A stretch of 64,000 nucleotides of DNA from Anthoceros angustus (lineage: Eukaryota; Plantae; Anthocerotophyta), in contig MU008180.1 in assembly GCA_010909165.1 (NCBI GenBank), positions 61,884 to 125,883 on the forward strand. The letters run 5' to 3'. The notes beneath the pieces are model-generated. The model was not told where the DNA came from and ran no database searches. It saw nothing but the letters and a program-made list of their open reading frames with translations. Below, in pieces: positions 22,857 to 34,900 of the stretch. The translations under genes were made by a program, and so were the position numbers. The first letter of the stretch is position 1, and every line of letters begins with the position of its first letter.

Positions 22857-23844
22857 ACCTTACGGTTCAATCGATGCTTGCGATGGTAGAATTTCAACTA
22901 ATGTGCGGGCAGAACTGCTGGTCCTGTTCAGGTGGCATTCTTGACGTCAGCTATTACGCTCCTCCAGCAGTTTGGCAGCCTCCGCAGGGCGGCCTGCATC
23001 CACGCTGCCAAGGCCGGACAAGGCGCCACGACTGTGAGCGCAGCAGGACTGCCTAAGTGCGATGCAGCAGGGTGTATTTTCGCATGCCAACCAAAATTCC
23101 AAGCCTGTTGCAACTGTCCCACCACAACAGCTCTCGCCGTGGCTTTTACTACACGCCGTCTTCAATGGCGCACCAGCAAATGCGAGCGTCATGGAAGCGG
23201 CAGGAGAACCTCAACGGTTGTGCCAGTTTCGCCTTTATTCCACCTGTCACCGAACTGTGCTGCCATGGCAGGCAGTGGCTTGCTGTCTCGTGCTGCCGCG
23301 CGCCCTTCTCTGTCTCTTTGCTCATTTGCTGGTTTGGCCTACAAATTCTACAGGACAACCTATACGGTTGCTCCTACCCCAGTGGAATTTTCTTTCTCGC
23401 GTGCCGGACTATGCAAGTTCACGCTAATTCACACATTCTTCTACTGGAGTCAAGTCTTCAAAGCTCTGCTGGACAGCTTACATTCCTGTGTAGGAAACAG
23501 GTGATGGTTTTATGTCCCGTCTCTATGATTTCGAAAGGCTATGCTTTCCCTCTGTACGGTTTCCTAGGAAGTAGGACTTTGGGCGAAAGGGCGCCTTGGA
23601 ATGACTGGATGGAAGAACACAGAAACTTGAGCTGATAACGCCCTTTTAGCTCTGAGTTCTTAGTTCATTTCTTGCTTGTAGCATTTCTAGTGGACAGCTG
23701 GGTTGTCACTGCTTGCTCTTGGGGTCTTCACGGGATGCTGATGTACCAGTACATTCATGCCGGAGAATTCAGTGTTAGCGACGATAAGCTGCGTGTTGCG
23801 TCATGCTGACCAGTCTTTTCTCGGCTTTCTATGCAGTTGAAGCT

Positions 23845-26800
23845 ATGTCAGATGCCAAAGCTTTTCAGATAATCAATACCAGGGGGGATTTCGATGTTGA
23901 AGGATTTAAGTCTTATGTCAACCAAGTGGGATTGGCCAACTGTGGATTGTCTTATGCCGTGGTGGCAATCATTGGTGCTCAGAGTAGCGGTATGCTTCGT
24001 TTCATCCTCCTCCCACTTGTGCTGCTGCCTTTCATGAACTTGGATGTTGAACATAGGGTGGTCTCAATAGCCCGGTGTGGGGCCTGCAGGGAAGAGCACT
24101 CTTTTGAATCATCTGTTCGCCACCACTTTCACGGAAATGGATGAGACCCAAGGAAGGTCTGTGTGTGTATGCTGCAAGTCGTAACAAACGCAAAGTAGTC
24201 AACTGAGTACCTGACGTTGCACAAAATCTCTCACTTATGGAAATCGCTGGCCACCACTATTGCAGGAATCAAACAACTTTAGGTGTGTGGGTAGCAAGAG
24301 CCGCTGGCATTGAGCCTTTTACCCTGGTTATGGATCTTGAAGGCACTGATAGCGGTGAAAGGGGGGAGGTGTGTTCATTGGGGCGAATTCCTTCCTGGTA
24401 AGTTTGCGGGTTTTTGCAACTCAGCTGACAGCCTTTCATCTCACAGGATGACACTCTTTTCGAGAGGCAAAGTTCTTTGCTTGCATTGACTGTGGCCGAC
24501 ATTCTTCTAGTTAATGTGTAAGTTTTTGACAGCTTTGAGTTCTCTGAGCTATTCCAGCACTTCTTTATGGGTTGTGTAGGCTGAAAATGTACAGCACTAC
24601 AGAATACAATGGATGGTAAGGTTGATGCTGCAGACCTTTCTTGCAGATGGTGCCATGACCTTGGTCGTGATCATGCAACCAATAGACAACTGTTGGGAAC
24701 TATCTTCACGGTGAGCTTGGCTGGTGAACGTGTGCTTGAATCGGCTCGAATTCTGCTGTCTTAAGACATTTGTTCTGTCGACAGGCTATGATGCGGTTGT
24801 TTACACCTCGAAAGATGACACTGCTCTTTGTTCTTCGGGACAAGACCAAGGCATGCCTTTCCACCTTGCACAGCAAACACAAGTGCTTGTCCAGAACAGC
24901 GCTCGTTTTGGTACTGAACCTTGCTATCTGCAGAGCCCGTTTGAGACCTTGGACACATTTGTTCGTGAAAGCACTCAGCAGGTAGAGTTCCTTCTCTTTG
25001 GTAGATTGGAAGCCATTGTGACGTCCTCACAGGCTTTGAATTGTGCTGATCATTTCCATGGATACAGGTATGGAATTCTGTGGAGAAACCTGCTAGATTT
25101 GAAGGCACATCGTTGTCGGACGTCTTTAATGTGAGCCCCAGATCTAATTCGGCTGAAACTTTACTACCTCTCTTGTCCAGCGCTGAGAAGTGTCTTTTCA
25201 CATTTCTGACGTGTTTTTCCTGTTCTTTCGTAGATTGAGGTAGTAGCGCTTTCGAACTACGAGAATAAACCAGAAGTTTTTCGACAAGAAGTAAGTTGGA
25301 TTTCGCATTGGTGCCATGTGTTAATGTCGTTTGGTTCCTCCAATCCAGCTGAGATTGGTTATGATGTCAAAAGGTTGCAGAGTTACGAAAGAGATTTGTC
25401 AATTCAATTCAGCCAGGCAGGCTTGCAAGTGATCGAAGTGCGGTTGTCCCTGCTACAGGCTTCGCGCTCAGTCTTTGTGAGATTTGGAAAGTAATTAAGG
25501 GCAATAAGGATCTTGATCTGCCTGCACATCAGGTGTTGTGGAAGTAGTGAACATTGCTGCTTATTATCAAGCAAAGGTGAATTCAGTGCCGAGTTTTGAA
25601 GTCATCTGAGTGGCGTATTTGCAGTTGATGGTAGCAGCGACGCGTTGCGAAGAGATTGCTGGCACTTGCCTTGCGAATTTTAGCGAGGTATGACGGATAT
25701 ACCTTCGTGTTTTCAGGGGGTTGCGAAGTGTTGGTGTGTCATGCGACTGTGCTCTACATGTCTTTTCTGCTGTTCTGGTCAGGAATGGAAAGCAATCGAT
25801 GAAGATGCCAAAGCAGGATCCATTTCGGGCTTTGGGAATATAGCATCAGTTCTTTTGGACAAGCACTTGTCCGGGTAAGCTTTCGATCTTCCTCTTCTAC
25901 AAGGGGAAGCTTCTGATGTATTACGTTTACTTCAGTGTGAACCGTTCGAAATGCAGATACGACAGTGAAGCTGCTTTCTACGAGGAAAATGTGCGGTCAG
26001 CTAAGCGAGAAAGGCTAATGTCAAGCCTTCTGGCGGTGAGAATTGAAATTTATCCATCCGTCAGGACGTTGTAGGTACGAGTTTGCGTAATCAAGTTGCT
26101 GTTCATACCCACAGATAGTTCGACCTGTGCACGAGGAGTTGTTGCTTCTCTGTCGGGACAAAGCCAAAGCAAAGTTCAAAGAGGAGTTTCTCACAGCTTG
26201 TGGGCAGAACGAAGCCTTCTCTGTTGCTGCTCGTCGGTGCGTGGAAAGCTGCATGACACTATTTGATCGTGATTGTAGAGGCACTGATCCGACCTTGAGC
26301 CCATATTTGAATAACTTTGACGGTGTTGACAAGCTCAAATGTAACTTGTTGGCATCTGCTGGGATCTTTTGGTAATGGAAGGATGAAACCAAACTCTCAT
26401 TCCCTGGATTCTGTGATGTGGCGACAGATATTGCTATTTCTCAAGGTAGATGGGATACTTCCGAGTCACGTGAGGAGGTGCGACGTGAGATCACCGAGAC
26501 TGTTTCAGTGTTGCAGGAGGATGAAGTGAAGAAAGCCTTTTCCACTGCCAAGGTGATATTTGCTGGTCATTTGGATCCTAGTATGATAGTGTGAGGTTCT
26601 GAATCATCTTGCTCTTCAGCTTCAACAGCTATTCGTATTTCATTCTCGTAGGAGCGCTTGCAAGAGTCACTGGTTGAGCCTGCAGCATCTCTCTTAGAAT
26701 CTGCCTCCTCAACCACTTGGCCTTCTTTGCGAAAGCTTCTTTCGCGTGAGACTGAAGCAGGGAGATCAAAGCTTTCGACAGGTCTGGGTGAACTTGGATT

Positions 26801-28187
26801 GGACCGGAACAGGACTGCTAAGATGTTGGACGACTTAACTAGCTTCGGAAGATCCGTAATAGAAGAGAAAATGCAATCAGAAGCTGGGAGAGCTCTCATA
26901 AGAATGAAAGAAAGGTATAGCATACATAGTGTGGTTAATGCTTGTTAAGTGATGTCTTGGTTGATGAATGTTCGCTGAATGACCAAATAGCATTTGCCTT
27001 TGTCTTGCAGGTTCGTCAGTGTCTTCACTCAGGATGATGAAGCCATGCCTAGAGTCTGGAATGCTAAGGTGGACATCAAAAGCATCACTGTGAAAGCTCG
27101 GATTGCGGTAATATGACTTCTGAGCTTCTTGCATATTTGACCTCGGTGCACGGTCAATTCTGGTGGGCATAGTCATAGTGAAAGCAAATGCATTTCTAGT
27201 TAGTTTATACTGGAGGTGCCCTTAGCTGAGAACAATACATGACAAGCAACCTGTGTGTGTCTGGTCCAGGCGTTCAGATTTTTATCTGTAATTGCTGTTC
27301 TTCGATACGAAGCAGATTATGAACAAGTCGAAGATGTTCTATCAATTTTACTCAAGGCGTCTGATAATTCAAGCGGACCGTCCAGTTCCACCGAGACTGC
27401 GTTAGCTGGGAACAAATGGGATGGGGTACGTGTGGAAGTAAAAAGGGACAATACCTGTGCTTGCTGTGGTGGTGTCCTTCCTAGACTCCTAGCCCTGAGC
27501 ATGAAATGGCCCGCAGGTTCCAGTTGCCGATATGTTGTTGACTCCTATCGAATGTAAAAATCTCTGGAGACAACTCAAATCGGAAACTGAATATTTGTTG
27601 CGTCAAGCCTTGTCAGCCCAGGTGCGAAATGAAAACAACGCACTGTGCATCCTGCAATATTTCTTGTTTCAATTTGCCTAACTTCTGGACATGAAACTGC
27701 AGGAAGCAAGTCAGTTTGGTGTGTCCAAATGGCCACCTGCATGGTCAATTCTTGCGATGATTGTGCTTGGGTGGAACGAGTTCATGTTTTTTATCTGGTA
27801 TCGTCCCCGGTACTCGTCCTGGGATTGTGCCTGTCGCGCTCCGTACCTAGATCGCGGTTCTAATCTCCGTCTCTTCGGTTGCTCCAGCAATCCCCTGTAC
27901 TTCCTGCTTGTGCTGTTCACTTACTTAGTTGGGAAAGCGGCGTGGGTGCAACTGGATGTGAGGCGTGAGCTGGAGCAGGGAATGGTAAGCTAAAGCGATT
28001 CCGCCATGGATAATATGATGCACTTTCCGCCTCACTGCCTGACCTCAAGTTATCACAGGTATTGGGAGCTCTAAGCATCTCTGCCAAACTCCTCCCTGCG
28101 TTAACAGCCATGGCTTCGAGGCTAGTATCATCTGGAAGGGAGCGTCTACAAGCTTACGGGACAGCAGAACGACATCATCTGAGCTGA
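23845..28187 (+). CDS. RHD3: ROOT HAIR DEFECTIVE 3 / Sey1 atlastin-like ER-fusion GTPase, ~20 introns
   Basis: Spliced translation gives [97 protein letters not shown], and [17 protein letters not shown]...NPLY transmembrane hairpin. Stop at 28185-28187. Confidence 0.95.
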
Positions 28188-28571
28188 TGAAGCACACCAT
28201 TTCACACTGTAGTGATTCAGGTGTTCATCGCCAGGCAGCATCTCCGGCTGCGGGTTTTCCATTGGCTTTTGCAAGGTAATCTAATCTTGTCATGTGTATG
28301 GAGTTGAGTGTAGTCTCGAAACAGAAGGCCACATACACAGGACGCCTACTGTATATGACACTGCCGTGCACGGGCAGTGTCGGAAATGGTGCTCACTTTG
28401 CTCTTCCTAGTCGAAGCATAGTTGAGTTGGTGTATTTACAAGGCTGCTCTGCACCCACAAGATCCGGTTCCTGTTTCTCCATTGAGGAAAATGTGAGACT
28501 GCATAGAGAAGGCGGCAGAAGAAAATGTAGGGCTTATTTGACAAGATTCTAAGGCTAGGAACCATCTCATC

Positions 28572-29735
28572 CTATGCAGGTGTAGGCCTGGCCAAATCAG
28601 CTATCTGGATGTTGGGAATGGTTGCTGAACCAACGGTGTTGAAATTGGTGTTCACTCTACTCCTCCTGTACCTACCATAATTGAACTTGGAGTACCTAGG
28701 AGTCTCCCCTTGGCCTACAAGCTGTGCAATCGGTTCTATGTCCGCTGTGTGGCAGGGATTTAGAAACATGGGAAACGAGAAGCGCTCCTTGCTGGCGTGC
28801 ACAACAGCCCGGTGTTCCACGCTCTTGTACAAGCCGTTCGACCAAACCTGAAAACAATCTCCAACATTGATGACAAAAGCATCCCAACGGGGCTTCACAT
28901 CAACCCACTCCCCATCCTTGCTCTTCACTTGCAATCCACCGGCTTCATCCTGCACCAGCACCGTAAGCGCTCCCGAATCCTTGTGCCTGCTCACTCCCAA
29001 GGCCAGGTCGGGAGCCGGGCATTCGGGGTAGTGGTTCAACCTCACACGAGCCGTGTGGTCCTGGTAGAAACCAAGGAACACGTCCGCGGGAAGCCCCAGA
29101 CTGAGGGCGATCAGTGCCAGCAGCCTGAAGCCGAGCGCCAAGCCCGCCTGCCCCCACCTCTCGCACGCGTCCCTGAAACCGGGCCGATGCTCAGGCCACC
29201 TGTTGCTGAACACCGTGCTGCCGCAGGCCCCCTGGCTCTCCAGCGGCAAGTCGGGGAGCTCCTGGCTCCCTGTCGGCGCAAAATCGAACACCTCCTTCCA
29301 GTCCCGCACGTTCTTGGTCCGCTCCTCATCGTAGTACCCAAGCGGACTCCCAGAGCTTCGGCTCACCTTCCGCTTCTCCTCCAAAGGCTGGGCGAAGAAC
29401 GCCTGCGCCTCCCTATTCAGCTCCGCCACCAGCTCCAGCGGAACCCCGTGGTTGATCACCTGGAAGAAACCCCACTCCGTACACGCCCAACGCACCTGCT
29501 CCACCACTGTCCGCAAGGCCGCGTCATCCCCTACCTCCAAATCCTGCCCATCTCCAGAGCTCCAGCTGCGGTGGGCTACCAGAGGGCCCAGATCAATCAC
29601 CGGAATGTCTCTGATAATTTTTGCCGCGGAATCCGGTTTCCGAGTGGGCCGGAGCTCCGGCGGCAGTACAAAGTCGGAGTCGATGCACAAACCGCGCTGC
29701 GGTGCCGGGTCCAGGAGCACATCCTTCTTCCCCAT
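28572..29735 (-). CDS. 2-oxoglutarate/Fe(II)-dependent dioxygenase (DOXC class, At3g19000-like), intronless
   Basis: Single ORF with IPVIDL, WGFFQVINHGV, GYYDEERTKNVRDWKEVFDF, NHYPECP, H-K-D iron motif, VEH, and R-F-S 2OG-binding motif. Confidence 0.95.
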   Translation of the reverse strand: MGKKDVLLDPAPQRGLCIDSDFVLPPELRPTRKPDSAAKIIRDIPVIDLGPLVAHRSWSSGDGQDLEVGDDAALRTVVEQVRWACTEWGFFQVINHGVPLELVAELNREAQAFFAQPLEEKRKVSRSSGSPLGYYDEERTKNVRDWKEVFDFAPTGSQELPDLPLESQGACGSTVFSNRWPEHRPGFRDACERWGQAGLALGFRLLALIALSLGLPADVFLGFYQDHTARVRLNHYPECPAPDLALGVSRHKDSGALTVLVQDEAGGLQVKSKDGEWVDVKPRWDAFVINVGDCFQVWSNGLYKSVEHRAVVHASKERFSFPMFLNPCHTADIEPIAQLVGQGETPRYSKFNYGRYRRSRVNTNFNTVGSATIPNIQIADLARPTPA

Positions 29736-30143
29736 CTCTGGACTCGGTACTCGGAAACGCGAACAGGATTCGACACTGAGATACACGATAGCTTGGTAGT
29801 TTTGAGATGAGACCTACGGCGGCAGAAGGCAGGATCCTTGTCAGGTTGATTCATCCAACTTTGAGGGCCAACTGTTTGTTCTGTTTCTGTAGTGATATGT
29901 ATATGTACCTGTAGGCTATGGCTCAAACCTCAAACTGAGCAATTGAGCGATGGGCAATCCTGAGATGAGAGGCTTTTACAGAGATATTTATTTATTTTTA
30001 GGCTCGCCTACCCTAAAATGGTTCCATCTGCCTGGGATGAGGATTTAGTGGCAAATAAGATTGGTGTGGGTTGCGAGACTCAAAGGGGTGCAACATCTGT
30101 GCAGGCTGCACTGCGTTTGCGAGGGGCCAGGAAGCCTTGCACC

Positions 30144-31174
30144 ATGCAAGCTCTGAGCAGCACAGTATGCAGGGTTGCGTGCCCGTCGCGGCTGGGACCT
30201 GTGCGAGCCTCCTCTCGGGATGCATTGGTGGAGCTTCCCCCTCCACCTGGCCAGGACGAATGGTACGAGGTTGCAGTGCACACTGTTACTGTCAGGGACC
30301 GGCAGCGGAACGTGGTTCACAAGTTTGAAGTGCCAGAGGTTGGTTGCTGCTGCTGCTGCTGCAAGCTGCAAGCTGCGCGGACTTGGATTCACAGCCGGTT
30401 GTGGGCTGGTTGCAGGATCAGTACATTCTGCACACGGCCGAAGAGCAGGATATCAGCTTGCCCTTCTCTTGCAGACATGGTAATTGCGAGCCTGCCCTCT
30501 TGTTTTGGCTGCCATGTCTGGCCATTTCGTGCTTTGTCAGACTGTGCCGCTAGTCCGCCTTCTCAGTGGTGTTCCGTGTGGCTTGCTCTCCTTGCTCAGC
30601 TTTGTGCAGACCAGTGAACGTGCATTGAGCAGAGGGCTGTGTGGGTGCCTTGAATGCACAGGATGCTGCACTGCCTGTGCTGTGCGGGTGAAATCTGGAC
30701 AGCTTTACCAGCCCGAAGCGCTGGGTATTTCTTCTGAGCTCAAACAGAAGGTGCATTGTGCTCTTTCAGCTTTCTCGTAATGTCATCTGTTGGTACCTCC
30801 AAAAGTTTTTCGTGCTTCCTCATGCGAATGACCTGATTTTCGCAGGGCTATGGTCTGTTGTGTGTTGGTTATCCGCTCTCTGACCTGGAGGTCGAAACAC
30901 AAGACGAGGATGAGGTGTGTCTTGGGCCTGGAGTAAAGCCTGCAACCAGCTGTTTCTCATCTTTAACTGATCCAATCGCTTGCGGTCCTTTGCAGGTGTA
31001 CTGGCTGCAGTTTGGGCAATACTTTGCAAGGGGCCCCGTTGTAAGTAAAGACACCTTTCTTTCTTCTGCACGCACGTGATCACCGTGTACAGGTCATATC
31101 GTCTGACGTTTTAGCCTGTGCATTTTCAGGAAAGAGACGATTACGCACTGGAGCTAGCTGTTGCAGACGAATAA
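30144..31174 (+). CDS. FdC2: Plastid 2Fe-2S ferredoxin with C-terminal extension (FdC2-type), 6 exons
   Basis: Spliced translation: transit-like N-terminus, HTVTVRDRQRNVVHKFEVPE/DQYILHTAEEQDISLPFSCRHG/CCTACAVRVKSG...LLCVGYP...QDEDE/VYWLQFGQYFARGPV/ERDDYALELAVADE*. Confidence 0.95.
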
Positions 31175-31970
31175 GCTGCCTCTATACTCAACAGTATGGG
31201 CACTGGAGCATACGAAAATGCCTCACTTCAGCAGGCTAACTTGTTGCTCATCTATACTGCAGTAGTGCCCAGATCTTGTGTCGGGGCTTAAGTGAGGTAT
31301 ACTTGAAATGGTGTGTTATCAACGCTGCCAGACATGCAGCTAAGTAAAGTGTGACGTCCTGCCAAAGACAACCTGGCTGCCTTTGAAGCACAAGCATGAG
31401 AATGGTACACTGCACAAGTATGAGAACTTCCACCCTCACAAGTGTGAAAGTCTCTGAGTCGGAAATTCGGTACGAGGTCTGGCCCAAAAGGAGATGAAAG
31501 AACACATGACCCATCTGCAGACGACCTCGTAAAGTTTCAGACTTTCAAACAAGTGTTGCTTACTCATTCTTATGCCCCAGCCCTAAGCAATCTTGTCATT
31601 AGACAGTGCAATTTGATAAACAGGCGAGCAACTATCCTGACTCCGCCATTCTACTGGATTCAGCCTTACCCACAACAGCGGATGTGGGGCGTTTGTAACA
31701 AGCCATTACATATATCTACGCAGTTTCCCGTCTTGCTATCAGCGGGAAAGCCTGAAAAGACCTTGCAACACGGGTTCAATTTTGTTGCTTCTGGCTTCAC
31801 GGCCCATTACCCTGAGCGACCCCTTCTGCGTTGAGATCGTCCTTAATGCAATGCTCCCGCCTTGCTTACAAGATTGCCGCCGTGCTCACAGCCAAAGACG
31901 CAGGGTTAACAAGGATATGATTCGGTTGAAGAGTCATCAAGAAGGTGCCACATTCACTACATAGGAGGTG

Positions 31971-34900
31971 ATGGCCGGCCCTGACGTATTTGAGGCCTAC
32001 TTTAGAATTGCGGATTCTGATCAAGATGGGCGTATAAGTGGAGCTGAAGCAGTGGTGTTTTTTCAGGGTTCCGGTCTGCCGCAACTTACTTTAGCCAAGG
32101 TACTTAGCAATTTCTTCAAGGAGAACATAATGATGTGGCAGCGAGAATTGTGACATGTTTTCTCCTCTTTCATCTTGTAGATCTGGCAATTTGTAGATTC
32201 GGGTCAAACGGGATTCCTTTCCAAGCCTGAGTTTTTCAAAGCTCTCAAGCTTGTAACAGTTGCTCAATCAGGGAGGGACCTAACCCCAGATCTCGTGCGA
32301 TCAGCCTTGGAAGGACCAGCTGCATCTCGGATCCCAGCTCCGAAGATTATTACACCAGCAAGTGATGCCGGGTTGCCGTCTCAACCATTTCAATCTGTAG
32401 CTCCTCACTCGACCAAGATTTTACCACCACAACCAACGGGCTCTCCTTCCGATGTAAAGCAGGGTTCAGTATGGCCCGGAACTTCGAGCAATGTGCTTCT
32501 TGCTGGCCTAGTGCCTCCCGTCCCAGATGCATCCTCGGCTTCCTTGTTTGGAAACTTGGGGATCGAGGCTTGGGTGAAGCCTGGCACCCCAAATACGCAA
32601 ACTGCTACTGCAGCAAGCAGCATAATAAGTGGCCTCAAGAAAGACAAAACCTCTACTGTTGTGATTCCTGCGAAGCTGCAGGATGTATTTTCAGATGGGG
32701 AGTTCAAAGCAACGCCGCCAGGTGTCGCAAACCTGAATGCAGCTAGTGGGTTCTCTCCTGTGCATATCATCAACAGTGGAACAGACTCTGATAAGATAGG
32801 TAGAAACCTTCCGGGTGGTAATAGCGGTGGTCCCACAGTTGCTAATTCAGGGCTCCAGGCCAGGGACAGCGTTAGCACGGCAAGCACAGGTTATGGCCTC
32901 AATGCATCTAAGGCGTATGACAGGAAGCCTTCATCGTCTACCCTGGGGAGACCAGCATCAGAAGGTGTACAGCGGGGTGATGGAACTCCAAGGGGAATGC
33001 TGCCTGTGGTAAATGGTGTTCAATCAATGCAGCCAGCACCAATCGTTGTTGGTGCATCAGGGCACGCAGCAGTATCTGCTGCACCTGCTGTGCCGAGACT
33101 GTCCGTGCCCTTGTCTCCAAGAGACTTCGGGGGTGGGGCTCCTGAGGTGGTTGCAGTTAGTGCTCCATGGCCAAAAATGACCCGAGTTGAATTGGAGCGC
33201 TATTCTAAGATGTTCTTTGAGTTAGATACAGACAAAGATTTAAAGATAACAGGAGCACAAGCCCGAGATTTGTTTCTGGGGTGGCAGCTTCCCATGGGTA
33301 AATACTTGGAGGCTTCATCTCTTGCCTTCCATTCTGCCAGATACAAATTGCTTGGGGTGTTTAAGCGAGCTCGTATGTCCCCTGTTTGTTTCAGAGATGC
33401 TGAAAAGGGTGTGGGACTTAGCTGATGAGGATCTCGATGGCATGCTATCGCTTAAGGAGTTTGGCTCGGCAATGTACTTGATTGAACGGTTTAGAGAAGG
33501 CAGATCCTTGCCTTCAGTCCTACCTAAGGGCTTTTATCTGGAAGATTCTTCTCTTCAAGTCCAGGTTCATTTGGTCGTGTTGACCTCTTGCTGCTAAACT
33601 GTGTCTTGGCCTTGTGTCAAACTTACAGGTGTAATGCTTATTCATATCAATTCCCTGCTAGCTGTCAAATGAGTTTATGCTATGAGTCATTTCTCTTGAC
33701 CAACTTAGGTAACCAGTGCGAATTGGACTTAGCAGCCAGGCTTGCTAGAGCAGGTCTCTTTGAGTGGCCAAGTTCCTCTGAAACTGGAAAACACTTATGT
33801 GGGTTTATATGTGCAGGCTCCCTCCGTTGGAATAACAGTGCCGCAATCAGTAGTACCCATGCTCGATTCGCGTATGGTCAATCAACTTGGTAAAACGGAG
33901 CAAGACACTTTGACAACTCAATATCAAGATGCTGAGAGAGCTGGGAAAAAGGCAAGTCTGAACATTCTATGCCCAGTTTTAGTTCATATAGTGCTCCTCC
34001 AGGCTGAAATTTTGTGTTTCCTAACAAAAGATTGAAGCTCCAGACACTTGTTTCGGGCTGACAGGTTGCAGATGCAGAGAAGGAACATTTTGACACCCAG
34101 CAGAAGATTGATTACTATCAGAAGAAACTACAGGAACTCGTCAGTAAATTTCTTCAATCTGTTTCATTTAAGGCACAGAGATTTGCTTGCATGCACGTCA
34201 GCTTTATCAAACAACGAAATACTTTCCCATCTTTTCCACGACTAGTCAGAAGTTTGAGATACGTTGGTATGATGAGCACAGCGTTGTGTACGCTTTTGCA
34301 TTGAACATTCACCTTTTCTCCCCGACTGTGCCAGGTTTTGCACAAGAGCAGGTGTGACATCCAGCTGATGAACATCACACAAAGAGTTGTCGCAGATACA
34401 CAGGAGGTGTTTCTTTGTATCATGCATCTATTTCAATTTGGAGTGTTGGTTCCATTGCACCATAGTTGACTGTTGTCACTACTCGTAAACTGAAGCTGGA
34501 GATTTTGACCAAGAGGTTTGATGAAAAAGTAAGGGAGTCGAAGGATGCCGACGCCCAAGTACTCAGTCAAGGCGAAGCGTTGAACAGAATCCAGGTTTTA
34601 TGCTCGGCAGATCATGTGAAGAATTTGAAGAGGAACTGCGTTTGCCATCTGAACTGTCGCGGGTTGTCGGTCAACTCTCTGAAATATTATTGCATGGCTC
34701 GTTTCAGAGGAGGAAAGCTGAACTTTCTGAAGCAGTTGCCAGATTAGAACAAGCTGATGTCCCTGGATCGTTGCAGGTACATTCTCCTACAGTCACCGAG
34801 TTCATTTGTAGCGTCAACCGACAGCTCATACTAAATGACAGAAGTTTAAGTTCTCCTACAGTCACCGAGTTCATTTGTAGCGTCAACCGACAGCTCATAC

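Noticed and set aside
22874-23640. Overlapping ORFs between the coiled-coil gene and RHD3
   Set aside because: No recognisable domain or consistent splice model; may be UTR, promoter or an upstream exon.
28797-29810. 337-aa plus-strand ORF
   Set aside because: Antisense shadow of the GC3-rich 2OGD.
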